Of a DNA stretch of 64,000 nucleotides, positions 57,450-64,000 are shown piece after piece. This stretch comes from Burkholderiales bacterium (lineage in GTDB: Bacteria; Pseudomonadota; Gammaproteobacteria; Burkholderiales; SG8-41). Position numbers and translations under genes: made by a program. The stretch covers positions 45,979-109,978 of the forward strand of contig JAHCAI010000004.1 of assembly GCA_019634975.1 (NCBI GenBank), read 5' to 3'. The first letter of the stretch is position 1. Each line of letters starts with the position of its first letter. A model generated the notes under the pieces. That model was not told the origin of the DNA. It worked only from the letters and a program-made list of their open reading frames with translations, and searched no databases.

Positions 57450-58406
57450 TCACAGCTTGCCGATACGCTGCACCGCCTTCGCCATCCGCGCATAGTCGGC
57501 ATCGAAGAAGGTCTTGAATTCCGGCAGGTCGCGGTAATCCGGCACCACCTGCACCTTCTTCAGCGCCTCGATGAATTGCGGATCGTTGGCGGCCTTGCGC
57601 ACCAGCTCGCGCAGCTGGGTCAGCGTGGCATCGGGAATGCCGGCGGCGGTGAACAGGCCGACCCAGAGATAGGCTTCGATGTCGATGCCCTGCTCCTTGA
57701 AAGTCGGCACGTTCGGCAGCGACGGGTGACGCTTCGCGCCCCAGCTCGCCAGTGCGCGCATCTTGCCCGACTGGACATGCGGGTACACCGCGGCTACGCC
57801 GCCGTCGGTGGCGTCGACGTGGCCGCCCAGCAGCTGCGTGATCGCGGGACCGCCGCCGGTGGTCGGCACATGGCGCATTTTGAGCCCGGCGGCATCGAGA
57901 AACATTTCCATCGGCACGTGGGTGATCCCATAGGGGCCGGAGGACGAGAAGGTGCTGGTGCCCTTGGCCGCCTTGGCGAGCGCGATGAACTCCTTCACGG
58001 TCTTCGCCGGCACCGTCGGGTGCACGGTCAGGATCAGCGGGTCGGCGCTCATCAGCGCGACCGGCTGGATTTGCGCCAGCGTGTACGGCGACTTGATGCC
58101 GTAGAGCTTGTCCTTCTCGATGACGAGATAGAGGTTCGGCGTGGTCACCAGCAGCGTATGGCCGTCAGGCGGCTGGTTGGCGACAAAGGCCGTGCCCACC
58201 GCGGCAGTGCCGCCGGGGCGGTTGACCACCGGCGCCGGCTGCTTGGTCAGGCGCTCGATGATCGCTGACAGCGGCTGGGCGTGGATCTGGTTCATGCCGC
58301 CGGGCGGGTTGGGCACGACCAGGGTCATGGCCTTGCTCGGGAAGGTCTGCGCCTGGGCGGCCAGCGATACGGACGCGCAGGCCGCGGCAATCAGCAGTCG
58401 TTTCAT
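57450..58406 (-). CDS. Bug family (TctC-like) periplasmic substrate-binding protein
   Basis: Signal peptide LLIAAACASVSLAAQA. MTLVVPNPPGG and VVNRPGGTAA motifs. 318 aa. Confidence 0.8.
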   Translation of the reverse strand: MKRLLIAAACASVSLAAQAQTFPSKAMTLVVPNPPGGMNQIHAQPLSAIIERLTKQPAPVVNRPGGTAAVGTAFVANQPPDGHTLLVTTPNLYLVIEKDKLYGIKSPYTLAQIQPVALMSADPLILTVHPTVPAKTVKEFIALAKAAKGTSTFSSSGPYGITHVPMEMFLDAAGLKMRHVPTTGGGPAITQLLGGHVDATDGGVAAVYPHVQSGKMRALASWGAKRHPSLPNVPTFKEQGIDIEAYLWVGLFTAAGIPDATLTQLRELVRKAANDPQFIEALKKVQVVPDYRDLPEFKTFFDADYARMAKAVQRIGKL

Positions 58407-58640
58407 TCGGTTTCCTCCGGTGGATTGCGCTGGCCGCGGTGCAGCCTGCGCCTTATTGGAAAATGCTGGTAAAAACGTTAATCCCTAATATCCGCGAAGT
58501 CAATTGGCGGATCTGCCGGCCGCAGTTGGCAACGCAGCGCAACTTGGTTAGCCTAAGCGTCCGCGACCGCTTGCCGCAGTCGTTTCGCGCAGCCGCATTC
58601 CGCAGCATCATTCCGCAACTATCCGATTCCACGACAAGAG

Positions 58641-59558
58641 ATGACCAAGAAAATCCAGTCCGTCCTGATCTACGGTTACGGCGTCATGGGTGCAGGCGTT
58701 GCCCGCACCTTCGCCAAGGCCGGCTTCGACACCATCATCCGCAGCAGCCGTGCCGCGGAGCTGAAGGATCTGCCGCCGGGCGCCCGCGCGGTGACCGCGC
58801 TGCCGGACATGCCGCCCGATCTGGTGCTCGAGCTGGTGCCGGAGGAGGTGAAGACCAAGCAGGCGGTGTATCTCGAAGTGGAAGCGAAGTATCCGGGCGC
58901 GGACGTGATCATTGCCACCGGCACCTCGGGGCTCGACCTGGTCGAGCTGGCGAAACCGCTGAAACATCCGGAACGCTTCGTCGGCCTGCACTACTTCATG
59001 CCCGCCGACCAGGCGCTGGTGGTGGAAGTGATGGCGGGACCGCAAACCCCGCGCGAGCTGGTCGACCTCTGCGCCGACGTGCTGCGCCGCACCGGCAAGG
59101 AGCCGGTGGTGCTCTACAAGCCCATCGTCGGTTTTCTGGTGAACCGGCTGCAGCACGCGATCCTGCACGAGGCCTATTACCTGATCGAGAACGGCGTGGC
59201 CAGCGCCGCCGACATCGACCATGCCGCGCGGCGCATGCTGGCGCCGCGGATGTGCGTCAACGGCCTGATCGCGCAGAAGGACTTGAGCGGCCTGGTGATC
59301 CACGCCGGCGCGCAGGCCTCGATTGTTCCCGAGCTGTTCCACAACGGCATCCCCAATCCCATGCTGCAGGCGATGGTGAAGAACGGCGAGACCGGCACCG
59401 CCGCCGGCAAGGGTTTCTATGACTGGGACGGCTGCGATACCGCGGCCGTGCGCAAGCAGGCTTCGGTACAGCTCGCGAAACTGACCGAGTTTCTTGACTC
59501 GGAAGCGATGCAGCCTGCGCCCAAAACCCAGCCCAAGCCGCGCGATCCACGACGTTGA
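58641..59558 (+). CDS. 3-hydroxyacyl-CoA dehydrogenase family protein
   Basis: Rossmann N-terminus VLIYGYGVMGAGVARTFAKAG and the GFLVNRLQHAI motif of the HBD/HADH C-terminal domain. Confidence 0.8.
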   Translation: MTKKIQSVLIYGYGVMGAGVARTFAKAGFDTIIRSSRAAELKDLPPGARAVTALPDMPPDLVLELVPEEVKTKQAVYLEVEAKYPGADVIIATGTSGLDLVELAKPLKHPERFVGLHYFMPADQALVVEVMAGPQTPRELVDLCADVLRRTGKEPVVLYKPIVGFLVNRLQHAILHEAYYLIENGVASAADIDHAARRMLAPRMCVNGLIAQKDLSGLVIHAGAQASIVPELFHNGIPNPMLQAMVKNGETGTAAGKGFYDWDGCDTAAVRKQASVQLAKLTEFLDSEAMQPAPKTQPKPRDPRR

Positions 59559-60280
59559 TTGCCGACCCGCGTCGCGCCCTTGTGCTCGGCGCGCGTGAAG
59601 CGCTGGGCGTCCCTGCGGCCGTGCTCGGCGCGGGTTTCCTCGGCTATGGCTCGCTGGCCGCGGATGCGGGATATCCCGTTTACCTGACACTGCTCGCAAC
59701 CTTCGCCATCTGGGCACTGCCCGGCCAGCTGGTGCTGATGGAAATGCAGGCGGCCGGCGCTGCGCTGGCGGCAACGCTGCTCGCGGTGTGGCTCAGTGCC
59801 GCGCGCTTTTTCCCGATGACCCTGACGCTGATGCCGCTGCTGCGCCGCGGCGGCCGCGCGCGTTCATGGTGGCGGTTCCTGCTGGTGGCCCAGCTGGTGT
59901 CGATGACCACCTGGGCGGTCGCTATCCGCCGCTTCGAGGACAGCGACCTGCAGGACCCCGGGTCGCGCTGGCAGTACTTCATCGGCTTTTCCGCGGTGTG
60001 CATCGGCTCGGCCGCAGTCTGCGCGGTGATCGGCCAGCTGCTGATCGGCGCGTTGCCGCCGCTGGCGAAATACGGGCTGGCCCTGCTGACACCGCTTTAT
60101 TTCTTCGTGACCCTCGTGGGCGAGGCGCGTTCGAAATCCGCCATCGCCGCGCTGATTTGCGGCGCCGCGGTGGCACTGGCGCTGCACGAGGCGGCACCCG
60201 GCTGGAGCCTGCTCGGCGCCGGCCTGATCGGCGGCAGCGCCGCCTTCCTGCTGCAGAGAAGCCATGCCCGGCACGGCTGA
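59555..60280 (+). CDS. AzlC family branched-chain amino acid exporter subunit
   Basis: TTG start overlapping the upstream stop (TTGA). Multi-TM. N-terminal REALGVPAAVLGAGFLGYGSLA...PGQLVLMEM pattern. Confidence 0.75.
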   Translation: MIADPRRALVLGAREALGVPAAVLGAGFLGYGSLAADAGYPVYLTLLATFAIWALPGQLVLMEMQAAGAALAATLLAVWLSAARFFPMTLTLMPLLRRGGRARSWWRFLLVAQLVSMTTWAVAIRRFEDSDLQDPGSRWQYFIGFSAVCIGSAAVCAVIGQLLIGALPPLAKYGLALLTPLYFFVTLVGEARSKSAIAALICGAAVALALHEAAPGWSLLGAGLIGGSAAFLLQRSHARHG

Positions 60281-60605
60281 GATCGGCGTCGCGATACTGG
60301 CTTGCGGTTTCGTCACCTGGCTGTGGCGCGGACTCGGCGTGCTGCTGTCGGGACGCCTGGATCCGAAAAGCGCGATGTTCGAATGGGTGTCCTGCGTGGC
60401 CTACGCGCTGGTCGCAGGGCTGATCGCGCGCATCATCGTTGCACCCTCCGGCCTGCTGGCGCAGACCGCGCTGGCCGATCGCCTGCTGGCCTGCCTGGTC
60501 GCACTGCTCGCCTACCATCTCGCCCGGCGCAACATGTTCGCCGGGATGGTCTGCGGCATCGCGGTGTTCGTCGGCGCCGGATACGTCCGCGGGCTCATCG
60601 CTTAA
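60264..60605 (+). CDS. AzlD family protein
   Basis: 113 aa. Four hydrophobic helices. Overlaps the azlC-like 3' end by 17 nt. Confidence 0.65.
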   Translation: MPGTAEIGVAILACGFVTWLWRGLGVLLSGRLDPKSAMFEWVSCVAYALVAGLIARIIVAPSGLLAQTALADRLLACLVALLAYHLARRNMFAGMVCGIAVFVGAGYVRGLIA

Positions 60606-60614
60606 AATCACGGC

Positions 60615-61400
60615 ATGAGCGGCGAAATCCTGGTGGCGCGCGAGGGCGCGGTCGCGACGGTCACCCTGTCCAATCCCCCGAAGCTGAATGCACTGACGGT
60701 TGCGATGTGGCGCGATCTGGCGCGGGCATTCAATGCGCTGTCGGCCGATGACGGCCTGCGCTGCGTCGTGCTGCGCGGCGCCGGCACGGAGGCTTTCGCG
60801 GCCGGCGCCGACATCGCCGAATTCGCGACAGAACGCAACACTGTCGAACAGGGCCGGATTTATCACCGCGAGCTGGTTTACGGTGCACTGCGCGCGGTCG
60901 GCGAATGCCGGCATCCGACGGTGGCGATGATCCACGGCGCCTGCGCCGGCGGCGGGCTGGAGCTGGCCTGCCAGTGCGACCTGCGGCTGGCCGGCCGCAG
61001 CGCGCGCTTCGGCGTGCCGATCAACCGGCTGGGCTTCGCCATCGCCTGGGACGAACTGGCTGCGCTGCTGCCGCTGATCGGGCGCGCGGCGGCGCTGGAG
61101 ATCCTGGTCGAAGGCCGCATGTGGGGCGCGCAGGAAGCGCATGACAAGGGCCTGCTGACGCGGCTGGTCGATGACAGCGCGCTGGCGGCCGAAACCGCCG
61201 CCACCGTGCAGCGCATCTGCGACGGGGCGCCGCTGGTCGCGCGCTGGCACAAGCAGTTCATACGTCGCCTCACACCGCAGCCGGCACCGCTGACGGACGC
61301 CGAGATCGACGCCAATTTCGACTATTTCAACACCGAGGATTACCGCATCGGCTACGATGCCTTCATCAACAAGCAGAAGCCGGAGTTCAAGGGACGCTGA
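60615..61400 (+). CDS. enoyl-CoA hydratase/isomerase family protein
   Basis: LSNPPKLNAL, FAAGADIAEF and GACAGGGLELACQCD motifs. 261 aa. Confidence 0.85.
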   Translation: MSGEILVAREGAVATVTLSNPPKLNALTVAMWRDLARAFNALSADDGLRCVVLRGAGTEAFAAGADIAEFATERNTVEQGRIYHRELVYGALRAVGECRHPTVAMIHGACAGGGLELACQCDLRLAGRSARFGVPINRLGFAIAWDELAALLPLIGRAAALEILVEGRMWGAQEAHDKGLLTRLVDDSALAAETAATVQRICDGAPLVARWHKQFIRRLTPQPAPLTDAEIDANFDYFNTEDYRIGYDAFINKQKPEFKGR

Positions 61401-61410
61401 TTTTTTTTAA

Positions 61411-61488
61411 CCGCCGATGAACGCCGATCCGTTTTTTCAAAAAAGGGGGGTTCGATTCTCATCTGCGTTTATCGGCGTTCATCGGCGG
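61411..61488. repeat. palindromic element E3 (CGCCGAT-word arms)
   Basis: Perfect 18-bp inverted repeat: CCGCCGATGAACGCCGAT (61411-61428) and ATCGGCGTTCATCGGCGG (61471-61488). The spacer contains T6-C-A6-G6 runs. T8 and T7 runs flank the element. Confidence 0.8.
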
Positions 61489-61538
61489 CAAATGTTTTTT
61501 TGATTGATCCACTCTCAAATAATTTTTCAGGAATTACC

Positions 61539-62762
61539 ATGGCCGGACCCTTATCGCATATCAAAGTACTGGACCTCTCGCGCGTGCTGGCGGGACCGTG
61601 GACTGCGCAGAACCTCGCCGACCTCGGCGCCGAGGTGATCAAGGTCGAGCGTCCCGGCAAGGGCGACGACTCGCGCGGCTATGCACCGCCCTTCCTGAAG
61701 GACGAACAGGGCAATGAAACGAAGGAGGGCGCCTATTTCTGCGCCGCCAACCGCGGCAAGAAATCGATCACCGTCAACCTGAGCAAGCCCGAAGGGCAGC
61801 AGCTGGTGCGCGAGCTGGCCAAGGGCGTCGACGTGCTGGTCGAGAACTACAAGGTCGGCGACCTTGCGCGCTATGGCCTGGGCTACGAGGATCTCGCCAA
61901 ACTCAATCCCGGCCTGATCTACTGTTCGGTCACCGGCTTCGGCCAGACCGGCCCCTACAAGGACCGTCCCGGCTACGACTTCATGGCCCAGGGCATGGGC
62001 GGGCTGATGAGCATCACCGGCGAGGCCGACGGCCTGCCCGGCGGCGGGCCGCAGCGCGTCGGCATCCCGATCATCGACATGACCACCGGCATGTACGCGA
62101 CCATCGCCATCTGCGCGGCGCTGGCCCACCGCGCGGTCACCGGCAAGGGGCAGTGGATCGACGTCGCGCTGCTCGACAGCTGCGTCGCCTTCCTCGCCAA
62201 CCAGGCGATGAATTATTTCGCAACCGGCGAGTCACCCTCGCGCATCGGCAACGCGCATCCCAACATCGTGCCCTACCAGACGTTCAAGACCAAGGACGGT
62301 GCGATCATCCTCGCCTGCGGCAACGACAACCTGTTCAACAAATTCTGCGAAGCCGCCGGCTGCGCCCATTTGCCGAAGGATCCGCGCTTCGCCACCAATG
62401 CCGAGCGCGTGAAGAACCGCGCCGAGATCACGCGGCTGCTGAACGAGGTGTTCGAGCAGCGCACGACGAAGGAGTGGGTCAAGCTGCTTGATGACGCCGG
62501 TGTGGCCAACGGGCCGATCAACAGCATCAAGGAAGTGTTCGAGGAACCGCAGGTGATCGCGCGCGGCATGAAAATCGAACTGCCGCATGCCGCGGCCGGC
62601 AAGGTGCCGCTGGTCGCGAGCCCGATGCGTTTCTCGGGCACGCCGCTGAAGCACGAGATTCCGCCGCCCACGGTGGGGCAGCATACCGACGAGATCCTGC
62701 GCGATGTGCTGAAGAAAAGCGACGCCGAGATCGCCGCGCTGAAGGCGGCCGGCGCCGTTTGA
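61539..62762 (+). CDS. CaiB/BaiF family (class III) CoA-transferase
   Basis: MAGPLSHIKVLDLSRVLAGPW N-terminus and GYDFMAQGMGGLMSITG motif. 407 aa from ATG 61539. Confidence 0.9.
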   Translation: MAGPLSHIKVLDLSRVLAGPWTAQNLADLGAEVIKVERPGKGDDSRGYAPPFLKDEQGNETKEGAYFCAANRGKKSITVNLSKPEGQQLVRELAKGVDVLVENYKVGDLARYGLGYEDLAKLNPGLIYCSVTGFGQTGPYKDRPGYDFMAQGMGGLMSITGEADGLPGGGPQRVGIPIIDMTTGMYATIAICAALAHRAVTGKGQWIDVALLDSCVAFLANQAMNYFATGESPSRIGNAHPNIVPYQTFKTKDGAIILACGNDNLFNKFCEAAGCAHLPKDPRFATNAERVKNRAEITRLLNEVFEQRTTKEWVKLLDDAGVANGPINSIKEVFEEPQVIARGMKIELPHAAAGKVPLVASPMRFSGTPLKHEIPPPTVGQHTDEILRDVLKKSDAEIAALKAAGAV

Positions 62763-63560
62763 TCAGAAAAAGCTGATCAGCATCTTCGTCGCCAGCGCGA
62801 ACAGCAGGACGGCGAAGATCTTTTTCAGCGTCGCGCCCGGCGTGCGGTGGGCGAGTTTCGCGCCGAGCGGCGCGAGCAGCATGCTGGCGATGACGATCCC
62901 GGCAAGGCCCGGCAGGTAGACGTAACCGATGCTCCACTCCGGCATTTCCTGCCGGCCGAGTCCCGCCAGCACATAGCCCGCGGTGCCGGCCGCTGCCAGC
63001 GGCCAGCCGATTGCCGCCGCCGTGCCGATGCCCTCGTGGATGCGGATGCCGCGCTTGACCAGGTAAGCCACCACCAGCGCCGCGCCGCCGGTGGCGGTGA
63101 GGCTGGAGATCACGCCGATCAGCGCCGAGGCCAGATGGGTGCGCCCGGGGGTCATCGGCAGCGCGTCCGCTTCGGGTTTTTTGCCGAAGAACATCTGCGA
63201 GGAGATGTAGTAGATCAGCAGCGTGAACACCACCGACAGCAGGCGCACGTCGAGCACGCTTGCCAGCAGCGCACCGCCGAAAGTGCCGGCGACGATGCCG
63301 GGCGCCATGCGCTTGACCGAAGTCCAGTTCACGGCGCCATGGGCATGGTGGGCGCGCACGCTGGATACCGAGGTGAACAGGATCGTCGCCATCGAGGTGC
63401 CCAGCGCGAGATGCACGACATTCGCCGCGTCGAAACCCTTGGCGGCGTAGATGAACGCGAGCACCGGCACCATCGCCGCGCCGCCGCCGATGCCGAGCAG
63501 GCCGGCAAAAAATCCGACGAAGGCGCCCAGCGCGAGATAGGCCCACCACCAGTCGAACAT
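62763..63560 (-). CDS. sulfite exporter TauE/SafE family protein
   Basis: 265 aa. 7-8 TM helices. GLLGIGGGAAMVPVL motif. Confidence 0.8.
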   Translation of the reverse strand: MFDWWWAYLALGAFVGFFAGLLGIGGGAAMVPVLAFIYAAKGFDAANVVHLALGTSMATILFTSVSSVRAHHAHGAVNWTSVKRMAPGIVAGTFGGALLASVLDVRLLSVVFTLLIYYISSQMFFGKKPEADALPMTPGRTHLASALIGVISSLTATGGAALVVAYLVKRGIRIHEGIGTAAAIGWPLAAAGTAGYVLAGLGRQEMPEWSIGYVYLPGLAGIVIASMLLAPLGAKLAHRTPGATLKKIFAVLLFALATKMLISFF

Positions 63561-63576
63561 CAGGGGCGGGTCCGCG

Positions 63577-63999
63577 TCACTTCATCAGCCCGAGGATGTA
63601 CTTCCACTCGTCCGGGTCGACCGGGGTGATCGACAGCCGGTTGCCGCGGGCCAGCACGCGCATGTTCGCCAGTGCCTTGTGCCTGCGCAGTTCGTCGAGC
63701 GACACCAGCGGCGTCTTATTGAGAAAGCGGAAGTCGACGTGCAGCCAGCGCGGGTTTTCCGGGGTCGACTTCTCGTCGTAGTACTTGCTCTTGCGGTCAA
63801 ATTGCGTCGCATCCGGATAGGCGGGCTTGCTGACTTCGGCAATGCCGACGATGCCCGGCGTCTCGCAGTTGGAGTGGTAGTAGAAGGCCTGGTCGCCGGG
63901 CTTCATCTGGTCGCGCATGAAATTGCGCGCCTGGTAGTTGCGCACGCCGGTCCAGGGGGTCGTCTTGTCCCGCGCGAGATCGTCGATGCCGTAGACATC
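63577..63999 (-). CDS. EVE (PUA-like) domain protein, 5' end outside window
   Basis: The frame stays open beyond the GTG at 63945 to the window edge (DVYGIDDLARDKTTPWTGVRNYQARNFMRDQMKPGD...FYYHSN), matching the EVE-domain pattern. Confidence 0.75.
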   Translation of the reverse strand, partial: DVYGIDDLARDKTTPWTGVRNYQARNFMRDQMKPGDQAFYYHSNCETPGIVGIAEVSKPAYPDATQFDRKSKYYDEKSTPENPRWLHVDFRFLNKTPLVSLDELRRHKALANMRVLARGNRLSITPVDPDEWKYILGLMK

Positions 64000-64000
64000 G

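Noticed and set aside
58526-58541. Sigma-54-like promoter TGGCAA-N5-CGCA upstream of the 3-hydroxyacyl-CoA dehydrogenase gene
   Set aside because: The -12 element is CGCA instead of TTGC(A/T), missing two critical positions. No enhancer-binding protein gene is adjacent.
61445-61462. tRNA T-arm-like string GGGGGGTTCGATTCTC inside element E3 (possible tRNA fragment or att site)
   Set aside because: The bases after the TTCGATT loop do not pair with the G-run. No acceptor or anticodon stems can be drawn. No integrase is nearby.

Overview
This is a high-GC (roughly two-thirds G+C by eye) proteobacterial chromosome segment. Its gene content looks like a Bug-rich betaproteobacterium (Burkholderiales/Rhodocyclales-like); the taxon is inferred from gene content only. 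I call 64 protein-coding genes, two of them cut by the window edges. Nearly all encode metabolism or transport. Core genes: dapE, corA, purE-purK-purC, leuC/leuD-type dehydratase, ggt, gcdH, tsaC/Sua5. There are seven orphan Bug/TctC-type periplasmic solute receptors, each beside a small enzyme cluster (3 enoyl-CoA hydratases, 2 acyl-CoA dehydrogenases, 2 MmgE/PrpD proteins, CoA ligase/transferase, 2-hydroxyacid dehydrogenases). Regulators: RpiR, GntR, HxlR and a GAF-GGDEF cyclase. I found no rRNA, tRNA, CRISPR, transposase, integrase, phage or recognisable defence genes, so I cannot point to a new protein-based system with confidence. The unusual content is non-coding. (1) A ~27-35 bp AT-rich motif recurs six times in intergenic spacers and contains an IHF-consensus-like core. 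(2) Three long palindromic elements from different sequence families have arms built from 7-nt words repeated every 9-10 bp; they sit inside otherwise tight operons, including purE-purK. (3) There is a nested REP-like palindrome. Secondary curiosities: a DMT transporter whose conserved first helix lies upstream of any ATG/GTG/TTG; a Bug-lyase-GGT-LeuCD operon; an RpiR-linked cluster with two PrpD-family genes; an mgtC/beta-CASP-like MBL/histidine-phosphatase operon; and an orphan double ABC ATPase coupled to a YdiJ-like FAD/Fe-S oxidase. All family assignments rest on motifs read by eye. No database search was run.
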